A DNA stretch of 63,595 nucleotides, the filler included, from Octopus bimaculoides (lineage: Eukaryota): the NCBI RefSeq assembly GCF_001194135.2. It is 5 parts of 5 records of this genome, joined end to end, with 100 filler letters (N's around TTAATTAATTAA, not from the genome) between each part and the next. Parts side by side here need not be neighbours in the genome. Positions count along the whole stretch, not along the records: positions 1 to 16,853 come from NC_068987.1; 4 more parts are not named here. One strand, written 5' to 3'. Shown piece by piece: positions 1-10,683 of the stretch. A program made the translations under genes and the position numbers. The notes below the pieces were generated by a model, which saw only the letters and a list, made by a program, of their open reading frames with translations, did not search any database and was not told where the DNA came from. Position 1 is the stretch's first letter; each line of letters begins with the position of its first letter.

Positions 1-316
1 GGACAACTGTATGTTGGCTGCTCAAGAGTGGGCAGCAACAAAAAACCTATTTGTATATGCTCCACAAGGGAAAACAAGGAACATAGTTTACAATGAGGTG
101 TTATAATCACAACAGCAAGAAAGTATGTACATGATCACCTTCTTTTACGAAACTTCATTGACTTTCATATATTTATATTGATATACATATATATACGTGT
201 GTTTGGGTGCGTGTGTGTATATACATCTCTATATATAAAGATGATGCGTAGTCTAGACGGCGTTTTTAGATTTCATTATTCTCTTTAACCCGGGAAACGC
301 CGGGTATTTCTGCTAG
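1..316 (+). mobile_element. Helitron 3' end: C-terminus of RepHel (Pif1-like helicase), 3' region, terminal hairpin and CTAG
   Basis: 1-106 reads GQLYVGCSRVGSNK/NLFVYAPQGKTRNIVYNEVL* (one extra A in the run at 40-45), matching the Helitron helicase end HGQLYVAxSRV...T.N.VY.E.L*. Hairpin ACCCGG-GAAACG-CCGGGT at 288-305, then CTAG (313-316) followed by T. Confidence 0.85.
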
Positions 317-1242
317 TATATATATATATATATATATATGTATATGTATGTATGTATGTATGTGTATTTGAAATATATACATGTGCATATATGTAGATAT
401 ATGCATGTTTATGTATGTATGTGTAGGGGAGTGAGAATAAAGATGTACGTATGTGCTTGTGTATTTGTGTGTTTATGTGTATGCATGTTTGTATGTATGT
501 ATTTATGTGTGTATGAGTGTTCGTATATAGATATAAGCATGAGTATAGTCACACATTTACACGTATGTTTAAAGCTGTAAATACTAACCCAATGCTGACC
601 TCATCAACGGAATCCCTCAACAAAAAGCCATAGCACTAATATCATAACACAAAATTCCATTCACCTGAATTTGACAACAGAGTTAAGGTCAACCTAAATT
701 TAAAACTAAAACCTCGCCATAACATCGTTTAATCTCATTTATCTGTAGAAATATATTTAAAAAATTTCGTTTTGTATTTGGTTTGTAAAATTCTTGAAGT
801 GAACTCGAGTGCTGACACAGAATATATCTCGTGTGGGTCATTATGTTAATAATAAACACACGCACTGGCTCTATTTCACTTCTTTTATTATTATTTGTCA
901 ATCAGTTAACATTTGACCAATTAAATAATTAATTGTTTGATTAATCGATCATCTATATTTGTCAAAGTCCTTTTGTCGTCTACCGCCCATATTTTTTGTT
1001 TGCTTTGAATTTGTCTGCTTGTTTAAAGATTCTCTAGTTGTATTTATACGGATGTGAGTGGGAATGTATGTGTGCACGCGCACGCGCGCGTGCAAAAGAG
1101 GAAGAGAGTGTAAACGTATGTGAGTGTGTATGTGAGTGTGTGTGTTTCTGTGTGTGTGTGTTAACTAGTTAAATGGCAATGAATTTAATAGCAACAACAG
1201 CAGCAGCAGCAACAACAACAACAACAACAACAATAATAATAG

Positions 1243-1561
1243 TTTATAGGATTAAGGTACTCCTCCAGTAGGTATACAGAAGCAAATAAAAGAAGAGCAC
1301 CATTGTTATCAAGTGAACGATATTTCGGTATCTCGTGTACCTTCCACAGGTTTTAAAAAATAAACTTGTCAATCTACTTCATTTTTGGTAATATTTTATA
1401 TATCACTTGATAACAATGGCACTCTTCTTTTTTTTAGCTTCTGCATACCTACTGGAAGAGTTACCTCAATCCTATAAAATATTACCAAAAATGAAGTAGA
1501 TTGACGAGTTTATTTTTTGAACCTGTGGAAGGCATGCTAGATGCCGAAAAATCAGTTCACT
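1243..1561. repeat. Two ~155 bp copies of one unit in inverted orientation and circularly permuted
   Basis: 1243-1400 = A+B; the reverse complement of 1403-1561 = B+A. The copies align throughout with scattered substitutions and small indels. Confidence 0.85.
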
Positions 1562-1604
1562 TTTTTTTTTTTTTTGCTATAATAATAATAATAATAATGA
1601 TAAC

Positions 1605-1653
<49 letters not shown>

Positions 1654-1655
<2 letters not shown>

Positions 1656-2227
1656 GATAGATGCAAATAGGCCAAACATCATACTGAAAGACTTCAGACA
1701 AAAAAACCTTGCCTCTTCATTGATATGACTGTCCCAATCAATATAAACGTATCTGTCAAGACCTACCAAAAACTGAGCAAATATAAAGACCTTGAAATAG
1801 AAATTAGCAAAATGTGGAATCTGAAGACGAAAACAATACCTATTGTCATAGGTGCCNNNNNNNNNNNNNNNNNNNNNNNNNNNNNNNNNNNNNNNNNNNN
1901 NNNNNNNNNNNNGAATGACAGCGAAACGGGCTGATTACTACCTAGCTCAGATACCAGGAAACCCCAAAATGGCTGAAGTTCAAAAGATAGTGCTCATGGG
2001 AACTGCCCATATCCTACGTAAAATACTATGTGATCTAAAATTTTAAAACAAACACATAATTTTCTTATGGTTTCTTAAACATTCTCTAGAACAACACTAT
2101 GTACAAATTCAAATATATGGTACCCTAGGCATAACACCTACATGAACTTCTAACTTGTTATCTCTTGAGGTCTCTGGGTGAGACTTGGATCCAACTTGTA
2201 CAAATGCAAAGCAAAAGTCAAACATAA

Positions 2228-2228
<1 letters not shown>
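1654..2228 (+). mobile_element. R4/Dong-clade non-LTR retrotransposon, 5'-truncated (RLE domain + 3' UTR), between (AAT)n arrays
   Basis: IDANRPNIILKD...DMTVP...KLSKYKDLEIEISKMWNLKTKTIPIVIGA...VQKIVLMGTAHILRKIL is the PD-(D/E)xK RLE tail. (AAT)n lies at 1578-1653 and 2229-2285. The same 3' UTR recurs at 53888-54030. Confidence 0.88.
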
Positions 2229-2288
<60 letters not shown>

Positions 2289-2467
2289 GAAGCGAAATGG
2301 AAGCGGTACAGAAGTGGAGATTAAGCCACAGCATTGAATTGAGCCTCTAGACACGTGGGGCTCTGGCAACTTCCTTGTGTGTCCATGCCTTAAGACAGCA
2401 CTACTTCACCATTCTATACAAGCTCGACTTATCACGTATGTAACCAGTATTTTCCCGCCAAGCTGGT

Positions 2468-2505
2468 TCTCAGTGTTTCATGACCGTGTCACGTCATCAG
2501 AGAGT
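2468..2505 (-). ncRNA. Degenerate minimal hammerhead ribozyme motif
   Basis: Minus strand CUGAUGA-C-GUGAC(ACG)GUCAU-GAAAC-ACUG, with UCU/AGA as a possible stem I. The cleavage triplet is decayed. Confidence 0.5.
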
Positions 2506-3347
2506 CTGCTTTTGACAGTATCATCTAACCAGTGAGGCAAAACTAAGGCTAATTAAACCGTTGAGGATGTATATTAGAAAGTCTCTGAAACCATGGTGCC
2601 TAAAGATTGAAAACGAGTAAACTTTGAGTAAACGACTCACGTAGATTCGGCTTTAACAAAATACCTCGGCGGGGGATTATACATGTATACAGGTATGTAT
2701 GTATAAAAGAAATTACACTCGCAATCCACTACAGCTCAAAAAATATATTCAACCAGTAATGTTACCCGTTCTTGAATGTAAACGTTGTCAAAAGGAATAT
2801 CATATACAACAAATGTGTGTAATAAATTCCAACGCAAACACGAAGTTTGTAAACTTTGTTACTCAAACATGTATACAAGTGGCCATACAAGTACAACACT
2901 TTCCTATCATCTGACCATGCATTTACAGCAAAAAAACATTGTAATATTATACATGAAAGAAAACTCGATGGGAAAATGATAGTTGGCAACATTACAATTC
3001 TATACAGAATACCACGAAAACTGAGGAGAGAATATATAATTGTTTTGTTAATACGAAAATAAAAACCAAAAACACATACAAAATTAACCACAAAAACAAA
3101 TAGACTTGATTGGTGAATAATAAATTCCGTGTCTTAAAACAATAAGAAAAAAAATCGCCATTTTTCCTGTTTCTTTACGTTTGACAAAGTTCATTAATAT
3201 ACGCCATTCTACAATCCTTTCGAACTAGAATGGAGGTAAGATAGTCATGAAACGTTAACGGATTACAGAATTTGGGAAGGCTTTTGTTCCAAACTGTATA
3301 TAAAGGACTAGTAAGGAAATATGAAAAACATCTAATAAAAAACTCGA

Positions 3348-3735
3348 GCATATGGCTGTGCAATTAAGGGACTAGTAATGCAGCCACGTGGTTTCGGGTT
3401 CAATCCCATTGCACCCATTGCATGGCACCTTGGGCAAGTCCTGGGCCGACCAAAGCCCTGTGAATGAATTTGGTGGAAGGAAACTGTGGAGGCCCGTCGT
3501 GTACAAATGTCTGTATGTGATCTTTGTGTCTGTATTTGACCCATCCACTGCTTGACAAGCGATGCTGGTTGGTTTAAGTCCCCGTAACATAGTGGTTTAG
3601 CAAAAGAGTCCAATAAAATAAGTACCAAAATTTTAACGAATAAGTACTAGAACCAACCTGTTCGGCTAAAACAATTCAAGGTGGTGCTCCAGCATGGCCG
3701 TAGTCCAATGACTAAAATAAGTAGACAATAAAAAC
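3348..3735 (+). mobile_element. tRNA-derived SINE, family D (long; GGCACCTTGGGCAAG...GGTGCTCCAGCATGGCC)
   Basis: Head ATGGCTGTG...GGTTCAATCCC (B-box-like). The body is shared with copies at 5325, 17525, 18770, 20490, 22455, 40355 and 57865. Confidence 0.8.
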
Positions 3736-3786
3736 AAGTAATTTTGTCTTTAATTCGTATTTGAAAGAGCTGTTCCAAATGTGCAC

Positions 3787-3830
<44 letters not shown>

Positions 3831-4067
3831 ACACACACGCGCACACACACACNNNNNNNNNNATACACACACACACGCGCACACACACACGCGCGCGCGC
3901 GCGCGCAATAAAATATCAGCTGACGCAATTAACTCCGGAATTATTCGAATAACTCCGAATTTAATTGTAGCTGGTGAAATGTTATCACATTGCGTTATTA
4001 TACTCAACGGGTGTATTAAGTACCATAAAACTTTGATTCTTATTTGTAAATTAGTATAAAGATTCTT

Positions 4068-4541
4068 TAATAATAATAATAATAGTAGTATTAATAATAA
4101 TAGCAACAACAACAACAACAACACTAATAGTAAGAAGAACAACAACAACAACAGGTAATAATAAGAACAACAAGCAATAATAATAATAATAATAATAATG
4201 ATAATAACAATGATAATAGCAACAACAACAATAATAATAATAAGAAGAAGAAGAAGAAGAAGAAGAACAACAACAACAACAGGTAATAATAATAAGAACA
4301 ACAGGTAAGAAGAAGAAGAACAACAACAACAACAGGTAATAATAATAAGAAGAAGAAGAACAACAACAACAACAACTACAACAACAACTACAACAAGAAC
4401 AGGTAATAAGAAGAAGAAGAAAAAGAAGAAGAAGAAGAAGAACAACAACAACAACTAATAATAATAAGAAGAAGAACAACAACAACAACAGGGAAGAAGA
4501 AGAAGAAGAAGAAGAAGAAGAAGAAGAAGAAGAAGAAGAAG

Positions 4542-4572
<31 letters not shown>

Positions 4573-4598
4573 GGTAATAATAATAATAATAATAATAA

Positions 4599-4629
<31 letters not shown>

Positions 4630-4635
4630 AAGAAC
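4068..4635. repeat. Compound (AAT)/(AAG)/(AAC) microsatellite with higher-order ACAGGT-initiated units
   Basis: Repeated ACAGGT(AAT)n(AAG)n(AAC)n modules read directly. Confidence 0.9.
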
Positions 4636-4848
4636 CTTTTCTACTCCAGGCACAAGGCCCGAAATTTTGGGGGGAGGGGGCCAGCCGATTAGATCGACCA
4701 GTGCTCAACTGGTACTTAATTTATTGACTCCGAAAGGATGAAGGGCAAAGTCGACCTCGGTGGAATTTGAACTCAGGACGTAAAGATGGGCGAAATACCG
4801 CAAGGCATTTCGCCCGGCATGCTAACGTTTCTGCTAGCTCACCGCCTT
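4636..4848 (-). mobile_element. tRNA-derived SINE, family A (GGCGGCGAGCTGGCAGAA...GTCGACTTTGCCTTTCATCCTTTCGGGGTCGAT core)
   Basis: Reverse complement of the family at 8131 and 12134, with GAGTTCAAATTCC B-box. Confidence 0.88.
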
Positions 4849-4891
4849 TACAACAACAACAACAACAACAACAATAATAATAATAATAATA

Positions 4892-5235
4892 ACCAATTCC
4901 TTGTAGTCTCAGTAGAAGTTGCTAGAGAACACAGTTGAGACTGGTTGAAAAAAGGAAAACTGGAAGAAAAGACTGAGAGCATTATACTGGCAGCGCAAGA
5001 CCAAGCTTTGACCACAGATTGGAGTATCAACCTTAGGAATGAGCGAGTGTTCCCACTGTGTTGAATCTGTAAGAGAGTTGACGAAACCATTGCCCATACC
5101 ATGAACGAATGCCCACGACTTGCCCCAAACCAATATAAGTTGTCGTGAGACAATGGACGTAGCGAAAGTGTTACACTGGAAACTGCAAAACGTGGGGTTA
5201 GGGAGAGGCAAGACGTGATTTGAGCACAAATCGCA
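4892..5235 (+). mobile_element. R4/Dong-clade fragment (pre-CCHC and CCHC knuckle region)
   Basis: WLKKGKLEEKTESIILAAQDQAL...LC*ICKRVDETIAHTMNECPRLAPNQYK...VAKVLHWKL, immediately after an (AAC)n(AAT)n tract. Confidence 0.8.
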
Positions 5236-5324
5236 GACAGTGCTATGTCTTTTCATCCGGCGTCACTTCGTCCGGCGTCTTTTCGTCCAACGACTTTTGG
5301 TAGTAGTAGTGCGAGTGGGTTTGT

Positions 5325-5522
5325 TTTTGTCCCCAACCACTTGACAGCTGGTGTTAGTTTGTTTACATTCCCGTAAGCTAGCGGTTCGGCAAAAGGCGTC
5401 CTTTAGAATAAGTGCCAGACTTAAAAAGTAAGTATTGGATCGATTTTTTTCAACTAAACCTTTCAAGACGGTGCTCCAGCGTGACCACAGACCGATGACC
5501 GAAACAAGAAAAAAATAAAAGG
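5325..5522 (+). mobile_element. SINE family D, 3' half
   Basis: CCACTTGACAGCTGGTG...GTTCGGCAAAAG...GGTGCTCCAGCGTGACC matches the 3348 copy. Confidence 0.75.
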
Positions 5523-5533
5523 TATGCATGTAT

Positions 5534-5678
5534 GGAGGCGCAATGGCCCAGTGGTTAGGGCAGCGGACTCGCGGTTTCGATTCCCAGACCGAGCGTTGTG
5601 AGTGTTTATTGAGCGAAAACACCTAAAGCTCCACGAGGCTCCGGCAGGGGATGGTGGCGGACCCTGCTGTACTCTTCC
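5534..5678 (+). mobile_element. tRNA-derived SINE, family B, running into an N gap
   Basis: GGAGGCGCAATGGCCCAGTGGTTAGGG (A box) and GTTTCGATTCCC (B box). Confidence 0.85.
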
Positions 5679-5966
5679 NNNNNNNNNNNNNNNNNNNNNN
5701 NNNNNNNNNNNNNNNNNNNNNNNNNNNNNNNNNNNNNNNNNNNNNNNNNNNNNNNNNNNNNNNNNNNNNNNNNNNNNNNNNNNNNNNNNNNNNNNNNNNN
5801 NNNNNNNNNNNNNNNNNNNNNNNNNNNNNNNNNNNNNNNNNNNNNNNNNNNNNNNNNNNNNNNNNNNNNNNNNNNNNNNNNNNNNNNNNNNNNNNNNNNN
5901 NNNNNNNNNNNNNNNNNNNNNNNNNNNNNNNNNNNNNNNNNNNNNNNNNNNNNNNNNNNNNNNNNN

Positions 5967-6313
5967 NGTTGATCCGATCAACGAAACAGCCTGCTCGTGA
6001 AATTAACGTGCAAGTGGCTGAGCACTCCACAGACACGTGTACCTTTAACGTAGTTCTCGGAGAGATTCAGCGTGACACAGAGTGTGACAAGGCTGGCCCC
6101 TTTGAAATACAGGTACAACAGAAACAGGAAGGAAGAGAGAGAGAAAGTTGTGGTGAAAGAGTACAGCAGGGTTCGCCACCATCCCCCGCCGGAGCCTTGT
6201 GGAACATTAGGTGTTTTCGCTCAATAAACACTCACAACGACCGGTCTGGGAATCGAAACCGCGATCCTACGATCGCGAATCCGCTGCCCTAACCACTGGG
6301 TCATTGCGCCTCC
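5967..6313 (-). mobile_element. tRNA-derived SINE, family B, inverted relative to the 5534 copy
   Basis: Reverse complement matches 5534-5678 but carries ~14 extra nt and substitutions, so it is a distinct copy. Confidence 0.85.
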
Positions 6314-6665
6314 ACACAGCCATACGTCAGACAGCATTTAACATAATATTCATTTTAAAAATTGTCTTACCGAAAATACAACTGTTTTTTTTCTTCTTTG
6401 GTCTTTGCTTGTCTGTACAAATGTTGTTTGAATAAAGCTGTATTATTTTGAATATGCTAAATTCTTATCTGAACACAGACAACAAACGTGCTTTATGGAA
6501 ACAGTTACATTGTTTGTTTATAGGTCACTTAATTGACACAGATGATTTTGTAGTTTTTTCTTTCTTTAATATTTTAGATGTGTTTGTTTTATGATGTTAA
6601 ACTGAATGATGGATAAATCCTACTACCGCGCTTTGTTTTAGAGGACACCTGGTAGAACATAACAT

Positions 6666-6870
<205 letters not shown>

Positions 6871-7147
6871 TGTAAAACAAAGAATGGAAATGCATTGTCA
6901 ATGATTTATTTAGCTTACACGCGTTTCGAATGGCCTAACACAGCCCAAGTGTTACATATTGCAATATGCATAATTAACAGACCCTTCATTTGACCGACTA
7001 AAAGGCCACTAAAAAAATGGAATTATGTGCCATTCTGTTCTTTTGGAAGACAATGTAATTGGCATTGTTCGATTTCCACAGAGTGCAGGATTTATTTGGT
7101 CCCAATTTTCCTTCATATATATATGTGTGTGTGTGTGTGTTTGTGTT

Positions 7148-7200
<53 letters not shown>

Positions 7201-7201
<1 letters not shown>

Positions 7202-7450
7202 GAGGCGCGTGGCTTAGTGGTTAGGGTGTCAGCATCATGATCGTAAGATTGCGATTTCGATTCCTGGACCGGGCGACGCGTTGTGTTCTTGAGCAAAACA
7301 CTTCATTTCATGTTGCTCCAGTCCACTCAGCTGGCATAAATGAGTAACACTGCGATGGACTGGCGTCCCGTCCAGCTGGGGAGTACATACGCCATTGGAA
7401 CCGGGAAACCGGGCCCATGGGTCTGGCTAGGCTTTAAAAGGGCGCATTTA
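7201..7450 (+). mobile_element. tRNA-derived SINE, family C, apparently full length
   Basis: GGAGGCGCGTGGCTTAGTGGTTAGGG A box, TTCGATTCC B box, and a CTTGAGCAAAACACTT...GATGGACTGGCGTCCCGTCCAG central domain. Partial relatives at 7817-7935, 40830-41050 and 50015-50160. Confidence 0.85.
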
Positions 7451-8130
7451 TTTTATATATATATGTATGTATGTATGTATGTAGGTAATCTTTTATTTCA
7501 AACTTAACTTGATGTTGTGTTAGAACGCAGAACACTGCATTATTTCCCTTGAGAGGACTGCTCATATGGACTCGTGGTGCATAAAAGCCCTTGACAGACA
7601 AAAACAATCTGGTACAACCACCAGAATTGCTAGAGCAAATGATTTCTTCTTGTCTGAGGCCCTCAGACTGCTCCCGTCTGTCAACGATATAAATACAAGT
7701 GCCTTTCTGCATCACGAGTCTATACGAGTGATCTTCCAGATTGTTCGTTTACAAAATCAAATAAAATTATGTAGAAAAAGAGAGAAAAAAACATTTACAA
7801 GGGTGGTAATCGTTTAGGGAAGGCACGTGGCCAAGTGGTTTGAGTATTGAACTCACGATCACTAGATCATGGGTTCGATTCCCATACCAAGCAGTGCGTT
7901 GCGTTCTTGAGCAAAAAACTTTATTTCACATTGTTCTACAATTATTTTCAACACCTGATGTGGGGCACACTTGAACACCTGTACAGGTAATATCGATTTG
8001 ATGGAAGAAGTAAACTAATGTACAGCTCATACATTCGATCCCTATTGGTAATTCATTTGTGCAGGTCGTTCAGCAAAAACTGAACGGGAGAGGCAATCGA
8101 TCGTTTAATCCATCGATCGTTTATTATTAC

Positions 8131-8348
8131 TGAGGCAGTGAGCTGGCAGAACCGTTAGCACACCGGGTAAGACACTTAGCGGTATTTCATCCGTCTTTAC
8201 GTTCTGAGTTCAAATTCCGCCGACGTTGACTTTGCCATTCATTCTTTCGGGGTCGATAAGCTAAGTACCAGTTACGCACTGGGGTCGATATGATCGACTC
8301 ATCTCCTCCCCCAAAATTGCTGCGCTTGTGACAAAATTTGAAACTATT
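8131..8348 (+). mobile_element. SINE family A
   Basis: GGCAGTGAGCTGGCAGAA...GAGTTCAAATTCCGCC...GGGGTCGATAAG...AGTACCAG. Confidence 0.88.
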
Positions 8349-8705
8349 ATTACCTCTGCCTTAGCGAAGGCGAAAGTATTGTTTTCAGTAATGTTTGTTT
8401 GTTTGTTTGTCCATGGACAAGATATTTCAAGAACCGCAAAATGGATTCAGATATGTTTGGCCCTGTGACTGACACGAAGTGATTAAATTTTGGGATCAAT
8501 CCAGGACCGGACAAGGATTCTGGATTATTTTTCCTGTTTTTTTAAACTTAATTTTTGAGAGCGATCGAGTTCATTTTTAGTATTCTCGTTTGTGAGAGCA
8601 ATCAAGTTTATTTCAGATATTCTCATTTTAAAAATCATCGGCTAATTGTTGAGAGAACGTTGGTGTTGCCTTGGCAGAGGTTTGCACTCTCTGAGTGATC
8701 TTGTT
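8349..8705 (+). mobile_element. Helentron-associated (HINE/DINE-1-like) non-autonomous element
   Basis: 5' TTACCTCTGCC, (GTTT)n microsatellite, 3' GCCTTGGCAGAGGT subterminal inverted repeat, T-rich ends. A second copy lies at 51623-51981. Confidence 0.7.
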
Positions 8706-8819
8706 ATTATTACTTTTGGTTGTTCGTGTCTCCACATATGTTGCACATTGCTCCCGTAAGTTTAGTTTTATTTTCCTCGTTAAAGACTGTTATTTGCTAT
8801 TGTTGTTATTTTGTTTTAG

Positions 8820-9572
8820 CAGATTATGTGTCCGTTGTGGGGCAGACCAGAGGAGTCTGAACAGGAACGTTTGTTGTCTGCCCTAAGGGGAGAAATTTCG
8901 AAAGGAAAACTTTCCTTTCGAAAATTTCTTTTTTCAAATGGTGGAACTCTCGTCGCCAAACAAAACAGCAAGAGAGAAAGAGTGGTGGTCGCAGGTGAGA
9001 ATCCGTGTCTTTCTGCTTCTGCCAGCCAAGCTACCTCCTCTACGTCACAAAAGATAGAAGGTGATAGCAACAACAACAACAGTAGCAGAGTAGATAGAGT
9101 ATGAAAGAAACTTTCCTTTGCTTCCATCACCGCCATCACCATCACAGCAGGGGGAAGGCAGAAACCAGCAGTACCTGGGAGAACGGGTCTCGCCTCCGCC
9201 GCCATCAGCACCAGTGGCAGTAGCAAACCAACAACGACCGACAAAATTATTATCAAAGGAAAACAAATGAACGAAAAAGACGTAAGTTTCAAACCCAACA
9301 GTCCGGGGTTCGCACCAGCTACAAGAGAAACGTGTGAGGAGATTTTTCTGCATGAAGACGGGTTTAGAGGTGCCAGAAATATGTTAAGAAAAGTTGGGAG
9401 AAATATCCAACTAAATGTACCCTCGTCTGTCCAGCAAAGTACAAATTTGCGGACGATTAAAGATAAAGTGATTGACGCAAAGAGCGGGAAAGTAGGACAG
9501 GTTACACAGCAGCAAGTGAGAAGATGTCTGCGTCCAGTCTGGAGCAGTAAAACTTATGTAGCCAGCCGTTAA
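8820..9572 (+). other. Candidate exon or gene remnant (non-repetitive, GC-richer than surroundings), product unknown
   Basis: Acceptor TTTTGTTTTAG at 8819. One frame is open 8820-9572 except for a TGA at 9102-9104. Donor-like CAG|GTGAGA (8994) and GAC|GTAAGT (~9281). No recognisable domain. Confidence 0.3.
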
Positions 9573-9641
9573 AAAATTTGGGACTATCGAAGTGAGATTT
9601 GGCTCAGAGAAAGAGACAGTAACAAGAGCAGAACAACTTAA

Positions 9642-10189
9642 GGATCTTTTTTAAAACGGGGGCCATATTTTTCATTAACGAAACACTTTGAAACTTGGAA
9701 CACTGGTAGAATGTGTCGTATAAAACATCTTTTTCTCTTAGTCTTCTTTAAAAAAAAAAGAAATCCATGTTATTCTATGTTAAAGTTGTCGTATTTCTGT
9801 AATTTCAACCAATCACTGACGTCCATTCAGCCGATGTACATTAAGTGCCGACTACATAAACAAACGATTCTGAAACAATTAACCCTAACCCTACGGTTAG
9901 GGTTAAAGCAAATNNNNNNNNNNAAATAAAACGAAGGTATGGAGATTAAATACGCTTTACATCGCTTAATCAGCCAAAGGAGTAAATATAAACAACTGAA
10001 TACTTGTCAGTGATTGGTTGAAATTATCGAAATAAGACAATTTTTTACATGAAATAAATTCGAATACAAAAATATTTTTCTGTTCTATAACACAAAATAG
10101 ATAAGTATACGAAGTTTGAAAGTCTTTCCGTACCAAAAACACTACGTAAAACATTAATGAAAAATGTGGCCCCCGTTTTAAAATAGATC
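9642..10189. mobile_element. MULE/Mutator-type MITE with ~37 bp TIRs and 9-bp TSD
   Basis: GGATCTTTTTTAAAACGGGGGCCATATTTT / AAAAATGTGGCCCCCGTTTTAAAATAGATC. ACAACTTAA occurs at 9633-9641 and 10190-10198. Internal inverted repeat and TAACCC/TTAGGG repeats. Confidence 0.85.
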
Positions 10190-10683
10190 ACAACTTAAAC
10201 TACACGGCGGTGAACAAGACTAGATTTAAACCATGGGGGACTCGGAGCACTTCAAGTTTGATGGGCCCCTTATACACAAAAAGTAAAATCTTAGAAAATT
10301 ACCAAATTTAAATCTCAAAACCCATCTATTTCATATAATTGAATTTGATGAATTAGCAGAGAAAGTTTAAATAATGACTGGAAATGTCGCTTTTAGGTCC
10401 ATTTTTCAAAATTCAAATTTCGTTCTTCACACACCCACTCGAAGTATTTGACATTTCTTTCATTGTGAAAAGTACAAAGAAGGGGTAAGATTGTGTTTCA
10501 TTTAATGCGAGTTACAAGTGTTTCAGAATGTAGAAAAAGACAATATGACAGAAAATTACAGGAAAATTCAAACTGCTATTTCCGAAAGTCTGTTTTTCCA
10601 GTTTCCAGTAGGGGTAGGTGGAGCACAGTGAGTAATATTTAAGGCATTTTTTTTACTTTGGAAAAAAATATATTTTTCGCAAA

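Noticed and set aside
3750-4708. Long ORFs of 200+ aa (poly-L/I/C/S/Y) and the many X-filled ORFs of 200-420 aa
   Set aside because: They are translations of trinucleotide or dinucleotide microsatellites or N gaps, not genes.
6915-6992. GAAACGCGU on the minus strand resembling a hammerhead 3' half
   Set aside because: The CUGANGA core reads CAAAUGA and no convincing stem II was found, so it is too decayed to call.
8816-9298. 160-aa minus-strand ORF with a signal-peptide-like hydrophobic start
   Set aside because: No domain is recognisable, and the splice signals and longer frame favour the plus strand. It is probably an antisense shadow of purine-rich sequence.
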